A DNA stretch of 63,765 nucleotides, counting the filler, from Reticulomyxa filosa (taxonomy: Eukaryota; Protista; Foraminifera), in NCBI GenBank assembly GCA_000512085.1. It is 14 parts of 14 records of this genome, joined end to end, with 100 filler letters (N's around TTAATTAATTAA, not from the genome) between each part and the next. Parts side by side here need not be neighbours in the genome. Positions count along the whole stretch, not along the records: positions 39,004 to 50,391 come from ASPP01019656.1; positions 50,492 to 53,322 come from ASPP01033701.1; 12 more parts are not named here. The stretch is one strand, 5' to 3'. Position 1 is the first letter of the stretch; each line of letters begins with the position of its first letter. A program made the translations under genes and the position numbers. The notes under the pieces are model-generated. The model did no database searches. It was not told where the DNA came from and saw nothing but the letters and a program-made list of their open reading frames with translations. Of this stretch, positions 41,031-51,753 are shown one piece after another.

Positions 41031-41840
41031 AATTGACTTTTTTTGACTATTTACATTTGCAATAAAAATAATAATTATATATAAATTTGCGGATTTTTGA
41101 GAATAATAAATAATATAAGTTTTATAACCAACGAAATAATAATTTCCAAATAAAAATTTTAACTTTGAAAAAACCTATTTCACATACAACATCAGGCATT
41201 TTTTGTGCTGTATATTTTCACAAATGAATAAAAAAATTTTTGAAACAATTACGAGTCTTTTGGCCATTAAACGAGTAGATTAAAAATGTAGTGGAAGATT
41301 GACTCTAAAGAGTGACAGCTTTAAAAAATCAATTGTGTGACACTTTTAAGACGCCTGAAATCGGTATCAGCACTCCACTTGAAAGGATGCTCTCAAAATA
41401 GTAAGGCCAAATAGTAGGGTTTTATCCAAGTCAACTTAAAAAACTAACGTAACCGAAGGGGGAGTAATGACTGAGCTTTTTCTGAATGTGTTTCTTCTGC
41501 GAAAACTAGGTCGAAAGATAATAGAAAATTAAAATACAAGTCATTGAAAGATGATAGAACAACCTCGAACCTCGACAAGAACAAAATCCAAAGAAAAAAG
41601 AGTCAGTCAAGCTAAACAGTCAAAGCAACCAACAAATCGTTTGTTTTTTGTTTGCGTTAAAAAAAAAGGTGTCAGCTCCACCCTCGTTGCTCTCCGTCTC
41701 TCCACAAACAAGTCTATCCAGCAACATGTCTACCACGGGGGATCCATTTGAATTGTTTCCGGTTCAATTAAACTACTTTTTTTTTTTTTTAATATAGCGT
41801 TCCAAACAAATATGGCTTAAAAAAAAAAAAAAGGTTAGTT

Positions 41841-43424
41841 TTGTGCGTGCGCGTCTTTGTGTATACGTACCACAAAAAAAAAAAGAACGATGATCACGAA
41901 AGGATAGAAAAAGGGAACAAAGAGTCGAAACTTCCGATATTGGACGCAAGAAAAAGCGTGAATACACAAATAACACAAGGACTGTTTGACATTGTCATTG
42001 AAAGCAAAACAAAGGAAAGGCAAAAAGCAGCAACAAAAAAAGAAGCAGAAACAGAAGAAGAAGAAGAAGAGGAGAAAGAAAAAAAAGAAAGAGATGGAGA
42101 AGGCGGAAGAGGGGATATGATGAATGATTTGAATGCATTTTTTGGATTTGACAATAGTAATAGCAGTAACAACATAGGCACAGAAACGGGGAAGAAATCC
42201 TCGTCAGCAAAACTGACGAAAAACACCCGTGGCAACAGTCAGAGCGACGACAACAGTAGTGACTCAAAGACAAAAGAGCGGCCAAGCATTGCAGGCATTA
42301 TCGGACAACATGAACAGCAGCACTTTGAGTCGTCGCTGAAAGTGATTAAAGAGGAGAACATGTCAAGCCCGACAAATGGAGATGATGACGACGATGACGA
42401 CAAGGATGAGAAGATGCCGACGTTGAAAGAGATATTGAAAGAGTATTGTGATAATAATAATAATAATAACAATAATGCTGCTAATGCTACAACTGACAAT
42501 AATGATACTACTAACACTAATATTAATGGTATTACTGTAAACAAGACCTTATCAACAAGTAGAAAAATAGCTGATGTTGCTGATGACGCTGATATCTCTC
42601 TAGAAATAAAGCCTGTTTCGGGCTTGGAGACGGACGCACTGGCCGAGCTGCACCGCGGCTCGGCGCTGTTGAAATACCCTCACGGACGCGGGTTCCCGCA
42701 CTTCAAGTACGTGGAGCTGTCGCAGGACAACACGTGGATGCAGTGGTACAGCCGCAAGAAGAAGCCGGAGTCGACGCGCATCCGCATCGCAGACATGAAG
42801 GACGTGTTGAAAGGACAAGAGACGCAAGTGTTCCGCAAGTTCCACCAAACGGCATTGGAGAAGGCGTCGTTCTCGGTGGTGTTCGGACGCGACTACCGGT
42901 CATTGGACCTGGTGTGCAAGTCCACAGACGAGTGCGACCTGTGGGTGTGCGGTCTGAGACGTCTGTGCGATCTGCATCGTCAAGGCAAAGACCTGACGCA
43001 ATTGCGACAGCTGGTCGTGCCCGTGCTGTTCAAAGATCGAAACCGCCCGCAAAGTCGCGTTGGCAGTGGCAAGTTTGTGCGCGCCGATGATTCCAGTCAC
43101 GCGTCGGACCTCGTCGATCCCAACGAACTCAAGGAAGTCAAGAAAGAGCTGGCCGACTTTCAAAAGGCCTTTGCGCGAGTCAAGCTGCTCGCCCAGCGTG
43201 CGCCCATCGCACAGTCTTCGCACGTCGATCGCATCCGTCTCGTTCTCAGCGAACATGAAGAGCGTCTCGAGGAACTCGCGCACGAGGTCGCACACACCAG
43301 GGACACCAGCATTAGCAAACGCGATCTTTGGAGGGCCAATGTCGACTTGCAGGCCATTGAAGAAAAAATTGATGTCGTTTTTGAGTGTTCCAAAAATAGC
43401 AAGCGACATTCCAATTTTTGGTAA
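41841..43424 (+). CDS. PLC/PRAF-type PH-domain protein with C-terminal coiled coil (true start uncertain)
   Basis: ALAELHRGSALLKY..PHFKYVELSQD..QWYS..DVLKGQETQVF..SFSVVF..RSLDLVCK..DLWVCGL. The N-terminus is low-complexity. Confidence 0.8.
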   Translation: MCVRVFVYTYHKKKKNDDHERIEKGNKESKLPILDARKSVNTQITQGLFDIVIESKTKERQKAATKKEAETEEEEEEEKEKKERDGEGGRGDMMNDLNAFFGFDNSNSSNNIGTETGKKSSSAKLTKNTRGNSQSDDNSSDSKTKERPSIAGIIGQHEQQHFESSLKVIKEENMSSPTNGDDDDDDDKDEKMPTLKEILKEYCDNNNNNNNNAANATTDNNDTTNTNINGITVNKTLSTSRKIADVADDADISLEIKPVSGLETDALAELHRGSALLKYPHGRGFPHFKYVELSQDNTWMQWYSRKKKPESTRIRIADMKDVLKGQETQVFRKFHQTALEKASFSVVFGRDYRSLDLVCKSTDECDLWVCGLRRLCDLHRQGKDLTQLRQLVVPVLFKDRNRPQSRVGSGKFVRADDSSHASDLVDPNELKEVKKELADFQKAFARVKLLAQRAPIAQSSHVDRIRLVLSEHEERLEELAHEVAHTRDTSISKRDLWRANVDLQAIEEKIDVVFECSKNSKRHSNFW

Positions 43425-43691
43425 ATCTTCCCTCTACGAGGTTGCGATTGTCACGAGTAAATACTATTCACTTCTTTTCCAAAGATTTGCATCCTTTTTT
43501 CATCATCTTGTATGTTGTGATCCAATCTTTGTCGAATGCCAAAATTCTCTTTTTTTTTTTTTGTAAAGTAACGTCAATCAACAGACTTACCAATCATTTG
43601 TAAACTTTTTTTTACGTCTTGTTGTTTTCACTCTTTTTGTTGTACGCAGGAGTGAACTTTGAGATACTAAAAAAAAAAGGAGAACGCTTTC

Positions 43692-44347
43692 ATGAGATTA
43701 AGCAAAGAAAAAATCGAAATATTGGTTCAATATTGGTTTCAAGACAGCAATTGTAAAGGAATATTACCACAAGAGTTAGTTGGCGTAATAAATGAATACA
43801 TGTCGGCGTGGACGTTCAAGTACGTCATGTCCCGGAAGGGCGAACTAACCTGTTTTGACGAAGTGATAGTCCAAACCATTACACAACCGGGAAATCGACT
43901 GATTACTTGACATATCTAAGCGAAGCGAGCTATGATCAGGGTGTACATACGTTTGAAATGAAGTTGTCAAAGAGAGAAGTCGAGTGTGCCTTTGGAGTGA
44001 CCCAGTTGGCTCACCTCAAAGATCTACCAACAAGGCTCGGATGTTTGATATGGGGCGGCGAGATCCCTCCAACATATTATTACTATCATCATTCCGAATC
44101 CTTACTTCATCGCTTTGAAGCAATTGTGGCAGCAAAGACTACTAGCTTGCCGACTCAACTGTTGACTGACGCATCCAATGCTGGAGGCATTTTGAAAATC
44201 GAGTTGGATTGTAACGAGTGGAAACTTCATTTCTTTTGGAACAATGACAAAATGGCTTTCAACGGCATTGACATTGAACACAATAAGCCTTATTTTGTTT
44301 TCATGAGTTTGAGGGGGAATGGCTTGGATATAGAAATTTTAGATTGA
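43692..44347 (+). CDS. Helical box + SPRY/B30.2-like protein, split by a -1 frame break
   Basis: IEILVQYW..ILPQELVGVINEY, then in the -1 frame GVHTFEMK..CAFGVT..GGILKIELDCNEWKLHFFWN..GIDI..PYFVFMSL (SPRY pattern). Confidence 0.7.
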
Positions 44348-45034
44348 TTTTTTTTTTTAATCGCCACATTTTCATCGCAGAGCTAACAATCAAGCAAAGT
44401 TTAAAAAGTCTCGATAACAAATAAATGTCAATCATAAAGAAATTGTGTCGCATTTTCGTGTATATCACAAGGAAATATGCAGGGAAAAACAAGTTTTGCA
44501 AATGATGCCTGTTTTTTTTTTTGCATTTCAAAATTGCAATCGCAAGGTTTGATTTAAACGAAATAACTGACCAACTCACAAGTGTCGGACTTAAAAATTG
44601 CGTGTTCGAGCCCTTTCAGGGTCGAACGCTTCAAAAAAAAAAAGAATAACATCAAGTTAATTTAAAAAAAGAATGTTAATAAAAAAGCAAGATTGACACG
44701 AAATAAAGCAACGCCTGTACACAGATATCCCCCAAAAAAACTGATGTGAAACAATAACAGTCAAACTAAACAAATGACGAGCAATTGGACGATTGAAAAT
44801 CGGGTACCTTTTCCAATTTGGATATTTCCACAATTGTCTTTTGTTATAATAAAAAAAAAATACTTGATCAAGTCAGAGGAGTGGCCCCCTTTTCTTTTTT
44901 TAGTGTACATATAAACAACAAATTTGTAAGGCTCCTCAGTAGAGGAAGAGAAAATAACGCGATAAAGCAACAAGAATAGTAGACAGACTTGATGTAATTG
45001 GGTTGAATTGAATTGGGTTGGAATATGGGTAGTG

Positions 45035-45599
45035 TCATATAGTTAATTGATTGCGATAAGATTTGGGCAAAACCAAACCATCATCCGGGACTTTGGCTTT
45101 TTTTGATTTGTTGTTTGCCTTTCCAAGTCTTTTTTTTTCTTTTTGCGCTTGCTTCTTCTCTTCCATTTCCTCTTTTGCTGCCTGTCGAATTTTCATTGCA
45201 TTGTGCAACAATTCTTCTTTGAACGGACACGAGTTTGGAATCCCCAATTTTTTACCTGTTTTTTTTTAATGAGAGTAGGAATAACAAAATCCGCGAAATC
45301 GCAACTTTTCCCCCTTCGTTCAAAGAAAAAAGAATTGATGGAGAGTAGGGGACAAACTGATGCGCTTTGGTGACATTTTCATTGTGTGTATTTTGCGTGC
45401 TTCTTTCTTGGCTTTGTGATAAAAGGCTTTTCTTTTTTTTTTGATCGCTTGCTGTGTTTTCAAGTTCAGACGCTTTCGGCTACGCCTTACTATTGTTTGA
45501 AGTCAACACAGACCAACTCGGCTTTTTGTACTGAATTGCTTCAAGAAGGATTTTGTAACAAATAAAACAAAAATATGACAAACCTTTCCGTCCTGGCAT
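45035..45599 (-). CDS. Stand-alone GNL3/Grn1 (nucleostemin) N-terminal-domain protein
   Basis: Introns 45583-45490 and 45357-45256 give MPGRKVRRSRKRLNLKTQQAIKKKRKAFYHKAKKEARK..KKLGIPNSCPFKEELL. The 3' end is uncertain and no GTPase domain follows. Confidence 0.75.
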
Positions 45600-45935
45600 G
45601 ATGACTGCTTTTTAGAGAGGGTATAGATAAATTGATAAAAATGCTCGAGGGAGGAATCACCGTTCACGATTTTTTGAACTTTGAGACGAAACTCGGACTT
45701 GTTTTTTGTCGACAAAGTCTTTAGTCTTGGATATCACCTTTTCGATGACCAATATAGGGAAATCAGCTTAACATGTACATCAGTAGTATCAGTTTATTTT
45801 TTAGTATTGAAAAGTAAAAAATATTTTTGTCAAAAGAGTGAGAAGTGACGATAGATTGAGAAAAGACAAATGGCTTATAAAATGTATGAAAATAAAAAAG
45901 ATGAATTGCGATAATGAAAGAAGCTAACGTGGTTA

Positions 45936-46871
45936 TCATAACGACCGCCACAGCCGAATAATTCCATTAAGATAGGCTGCAATGATATTTCCATCTGGTG
46001 AAAGCTCAATCCCCGTTACGAGATGATGATGCCCTTCTAATTTCTGTATTTCGATTCCGAACTTTGCATCCCAGATGCGAATAGCGCAATCATCTGAGCA
46101 TGTTAGAACAGTTTGCCCATCTGAGGAAAAGTTTGCCAAGGTAATAATTGGCGGATGTGCCTCCAATGTAATGTCTTGATTGGATATGACACTCCGAACT
46201 TGGACCCCTTTATTGGGTGTGCAATAGACAACACGCACACCATCAGAGCAAAAGTGTGTTTTTATAACACGACTTCCGCTTTCTTTCAAAATCAACTCCT
46301 TGGCGATCGCACCTGATTTGGCGAGCCAGGAGATAATTTTGTTGTCAGCAAAAGTAGTTAAAAGCTGTTCGCCATCGGGTGAAAATTGTACATCGGTAAT
46401 GCCATGTGGATACTCGACAATGTTTTTCAGCTTTTCGCCAGACTGAACATCCCAGAGACGAATGGTTCGATCCTTTGAGCACGACGCAATGGAATAAGCG
46501 TGTGGCGAAAATTGCGCAGTAATGATATGATCGGAATGGCCATTGAATTGCATGAATTGTCGTGCTGAATGCACGTCCCACACTCGAATGGTTTTGTCAT
46601 TTGAACAGGACACAATCATACTTCCATCCAATGAAAATTGCGCATCGTTCACAATGTCAGAGTGTCCGTGCAATATTTTGATTGATTTTTGGATGCAACG
46701 TCCCATATCCGAATAGTGTGATCCTCACATGACAATACAATTCTGCTGCTGTCAGGTGAAAATCGTACGTTGTTTACATTGCCACAGCATACTTTCAGAC
46801 TCGTTGATGACTTAAAGTACTTTCTCTATTATTGGTTTGGGCGAGTGTCGATAAATGCATAAACATAAACA

Positions 46872-46909
<38 letters not shown>

Positions 46910-48353
46910 TGTATGTATATATAAGTAGATTTATACCAACAGATATCCGTAATGAGAATGTCGAAATCCCCAATCCAGCCAAACACAAAGACAGATAAGC
47001 ATTCCCTCATCCAATATCCAATGATGACTGCAATTTTTTGTTGGATCTATTTAAAAACATGAAAATGCAATCGATTTTGGTATTCTTTTATTTCTCACAA
47101 ATGATTTCATTGATTACAAAACAGCAATATTACCCCGACCTTTAACTTTTTCAAAGTCAAGTCTTCATTCATTGCTTCAAACTCTGATTTGATTTCTTTG
47201 AGGAATACTCTTTCCTCTTCTTCCTCCATCCATCTTTTTTCCATCTCCGTCGGCTCTTTCATCCAATTCATCACGTTTGTTTTGACGTGATACATTGTCG
47301 CCATTGGCTTCACTTGATATCCCCCGAGAATGTGCACACATGTGTCATCGTCGGTCGATACCGCGACACAATGCTGCAATGCGACTGGCAAAGCTTTTCA
47401 AAGCGCATCCATGTTTGCTCTTTGACACAATACTTGTGCACGTCCGTCGAAATGCCAATGACGCTGTTATATCCTCCAAAGAACAGGATCACATCGTCGA
47501 TCCACACACACGCATAGCCATTGAATAGTCTCATCGTGGTACAGATTGGCAATTTCTGCACTTGCAAAGTATTGTCGAGTTCATTGTATTCAATCGATAA
47601 TCCCGTGTCATAACAAAATAATATCATTTTGCATTTTTATTTTCTTGCATTTGAATTTGCATTTGAATTTGCATTTGAATTTGCATTTGAATTTGCATTT
47701 GAATTTGCTTTTGAATTTGCTTTTGAACTTGTTGTCTGGAATCTCTTCTCTGGCTTTGACATAAAACAACAAAAACTTGTATTGACAGTAGTCGGCAACG
47801 TGTCGTGATTGACATATCTCAACTCATTCAAATCAAACACATCAATTTGACTTGGGTGATAAGTAATAAACAATAAATGATCATTGCTTCCACCAATCAC
47901 CGCACACACTCCTGTGTAATTGCCCGTCTCTCTTCCAATCTGCACTACTTCATTTTGATTGTTGATCAAAGAAAGCCATTCATTTTGTACATCTCCTTCT
48001 TCTTTTCTTTTATTCCAAACACTTACATATCTCATCACCAATGTATGCTTACGTTCTCCGCCAAACGACAACAATGTCATGTCGTTTGGATCGTTTCCAT
48101 TCACGCGCTTCACCACACAGTGTCCGAATAAAATAACATCGTTTGGATAGGAACAAATGTACTTGTATTTGTTCTCGAGTGTATGATAGGAGTAACACTT
48201 GTTATTGTTGTAACCTCCACAAATGATAATTTCGTGGTTATGGGCTACACACGGACTAAGTCCAAATGTAGTGCACAAAGACGGCAACCTTTGAAAAACT
48301 GCTGTTGTATCCATATTTGATAGTCGTCTTAGTTCCAAATTACTTGATTTCAT
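45936..48353 (-). pseudogene. Kelch + helical box + WD40 paralog with four apparent lesions (pseudogene, or intact gene with homopolymer miscalls)
   Basis: Same domain order and intron positions as 27993-30296. In-frame TAA at 47639-47637 and frame breaks near 47395, 46945 and 46688. A 12-bp tandem repeat (NANS)n lies in the linker. Confidence 0.8.
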
Positions 48354-49842
48354 CTTTGGATTGCCAAACGAAAGTTATTTATAATGGGATTATATACTTT
48401 TCAAAGGATTTATTTTGAGAGCACTAAACCTTGGAGAAACAAAGGGTCGGCTCAACTGTTACTTTTTTATTAAGAGTTTCAAAGTTACGGATAAAATGCT
48501 TAGTTATAATTAAACAATTATTTGAATAAATCTATCTCTCCAAAACATCTTTGTGCTTACTTCAATTTCTAAGAAGTGATGTTAACGCATTTTTGTACTT
48601 ATCTTACTTTTTGAGAAAACAGTTTATATTAAACGAGCTTTTTTTAAGTAACTTTATAAAAAAATGCAAATAATGTGTCTAAATGATCGTGTTATCTAGA
48701 AATTAAAATAATATCAATAGCAAATCTAAATAACTCACTTTCATTTGTAACTATTAGCAATACCCGAAAAGAAAAACAAGTATGAAAAAGAATAATATAC
48801 TAACAATAATACATAAAATTCTCCAACAATACAAAAACAAATAAACAATACTTATAATGATGAAATCTGGATACGGCGCGAACTAGCGAAGCTTGCAACT
48901 GAGTTAGCTGCATTATCCAAAAGGATATAGTGCGCTTTAAAGGGTTTTTGACCGTTTTACAATAACACTCATTTATGTAATCATTTAAAATTAAACATAT
49001 ATTTGTAACAGAATTTTTTATTTATGAGTTGGATAAAATACAATTTCATTGCTTTTGTTTTGCTTTTGGATTATCAATTTCAATTTTTTAGATATTTTCC
49101 AACTGAAGATAACTATACTAAAATTTCAAAATGAGCGCAAAGCTTAGTAGATATGCATGATTGCGCTTAGTTTTAATTTTAAACAAAACTTTTTGGTGCA
49201 AATCAAAAAGCGCATTAACACAAAAATGCAATTGCCAAAAATCATTACAAGTCAAAATGTTAATAACTTGAAGATTCGTAGATATTTTTTTAAAAAAATT
49301 TTAAAAAATGTTGGTTTTTGATTTGGAAAATTGATCGTCTTCATAAGATGTTATTTTAGTGTGTAGAAAAATTTTTTCCTAAAACTTTGTTTATAACATT
49401 GTACAACAACACTTGAAGTTTATGTAGCATACAAAAATAATAATACATTTCCATTTCAAAAATAGTAACATCACTTATTCATTTGGTTTTGATGTTATTC
49501 ATTTGATTTCAACAAATCCATTTCATATAACTTTTCAACGATGGTTCATAGTGTTGTCTTCAATTTCATCAATTCAATCAATCAAGATGTTATTACTTTT
49601 ATTATCATTATTATTTTCATTGCTTTGTAATGGTGAAACAGTATTACTTTTGATTTTGCTTTAGAATATATTGTGGCACGAATTTTTTTTCAAATGATGT
49701 GACTTTCATAAAAAAAAAAATTAGAGTTGATCACAATAAAACTTCACCAGTCCAAGAAAACTTAAAAAAGACACTCCAGAATCAATTCCTCTACACCATC
49801 TAATCAAGAAACCAAAGAACCAAAAGGAAGAAACTGAATAAG

Positions 49843-50391
49843 ATGGAAGAAGAAAAAAGCAAAGACAGTGCAAAACTGGACTTGAAATCAATTACTCAAT
49901 AACAGTCTTGCTTTGACAAAAATTGGATTTTACAATTGAACCAGAAGGAGGACATCAACAATTTTATTTGTTTTATTTGCAAACAATCCAATGGAAATCA
50001 ATTGTGATCAACATAAAAACATGGATGGATCATTGATTGTCGGAGAGAATTGTTTGAAGCATTTCTTAATCAAAACCCAAATTATTGTCCAGTTGAATTT
50101 CATGATAACTGTTTGTATTCTCAAGATCAAATGGCGAAACAATACATTGAATGTCCAAGACAATTTGAACAAGAACAAGAACAACAACTACAAATATCAA
50201 CACAACAAGGAAAAACAACTGGATTTGTAAATTGTAATTTCAAAGGAAAAGTGAAATAGGTGAATGATCATTTGGAACATTCTTGTTGTCTACAAATGGT
50301 TAAATGTTGGTTTGAATTATTTGGATGCCATCATTCATGTTTGAAATCTGCAATCCATGATTATTTGACATCAAATATGAAATTTCATTTT
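49843..50391 (+). pseudogene. RING/TRAF zinc-finger gene, 5' part, disabled
   Basis: [20 protein letters not shown] / [16 protein letters not shown] / CPVEFHDNCLY..ECPRQF..CNFKGKVK*VNDHLEHSC..CWFELFGC. Two frame breaks and a TAG. Confidence 0.8.
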
Positions 50392-50785
50392 NNNNNNNNN
50401 NNNNNNNNNNNNNNNNNNNNNNNNNNNNNNNNNNNTTAATTAATTAANNNNNNNNNNNNNNNNNNNNNNNNNNNNNNNNNNNNNNNNNNNNTATCATTAT
50501 CACTGCGACAAGATTGAGAACCAGACAAAACAGTATTTGAACAGACTTTGAAATTTGTGAATATGGCGAACAATTAAACCAGATTACAAGCTGTTTTCCT
50601 CATCAAAAAATAAATATTTTTATCCTTTAAAAAGCAGTGAATATTGATTATTCCATTTGGCTTATTTCTAATGAGTCTGCTGTTTTTGAGGATTTTCGTT
50701 CTATGCCGTTATCAAATGGCCTTTTTTCTAACAAAATATCGGTAGGCCTTCGTTGAAAAAGAGTTTTTGTTTGTTAACTTTTTTT

Positions 50786-50866
50786 TTGACTAGTCAAAAC
50801 TCTTTATTGATTAGTCAAATTTTTTTTATCTTGACTAGTCAAAATTATTTTCTCCTGAGTAGTCAA
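50786..50866. promoter_or_regulatory. Array of four 12-bp palindromes (TTGACTAGTCAA consensus)
   Basis: Copies start at 50786 and 50831 (exact), 50807 (1 mismatch) and 50855 (2 mismatches). A regulatory role is inferred only. Confidence 0.5.
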
Positions 50867-51753
50867 TTTTTTTTTTTATTTAGTAAAAATTCTATCATCC
50901 GTTTTCCTATCATGTATGCGCGCATTACCATTTGCATTTTTTTTTGTCGCTTGATGAGACGATAAAAGGTTATCAAAAGCACGAATCTTCAATATTCTTT
51001 TATTTCCATTTATCTTTTTTTGGAGTTGATATTTGCTTTAAAGACAAATTTTTTAAAAATTGGACGATCAAAAAAAAAAATTGCTGTTCGAAACAGCGTA
51101 AACCTATTTGTTTTTATTAATTTAGTGAATAAGAATTTATGAAAAAAATATCCTTCCAATGTAGTCAAAAAAATTATTTGTCACTTTGACTCAACTGTAA
51201 ACGAAAGTATTCTCACCAAAAAAAAAATAGCTAAAATAATACGTTACCTGAATTGCACCCGCGTTTCCGCAAAAAAAAGAAATATTTAAAAACATATGAC
51301 TAAGGATACGTGCTTGTCCTTGTCAGTACAACTCGTTGTAATAAAAAAACAGTTAAACATTTAACAAAAAAAGAAACGAACAAAAGACAGTTTTTGTCAG
51401 TGAAGAAAAACTTAAACAAGGGGCTAACTTTCAAAAAATTATAAGTGTGTTCACATGAACAAATTTCTTGATAAAAGTAATTTTCAAATCAATAAGTTTT
51501 TATTGTAAAAAAATATGTTTCAAATTATTAAAATTCATCTAATTGAAGATTGTCGTTAACTAGTTTTAACTTACAATGAAAAAAACATATACTTTATGAC
51601 ACAAAAAAAACAACAAAGCATCCTCAACGATTGGAAGACAGATCATTTTGTTCAAGAGCAATTTATTATTATTTTTTATTGATTTCCACAGAAAAAAAAA
51701 AGAAAAATCATGAAAAAATGTTAATGTATGTATTATTTTTCATTTTCCTAATA

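Noticed and set aside
47637-47639. In-frame TAA (and TAG at ~50257) as evidence of stop-codon reassignment
   Set aside because: TAA, TAG and TGA all terminate intact genes here (bL33, Gbeta, DMXL), and the long exons contain no internal stops.
50786-50866. Mini-CRISPR array
   Set aside because: The repeats are 12 bp, the spacers are 9-12 bp and low-complexity, there are no cas genes, and the context is eukaryotic.
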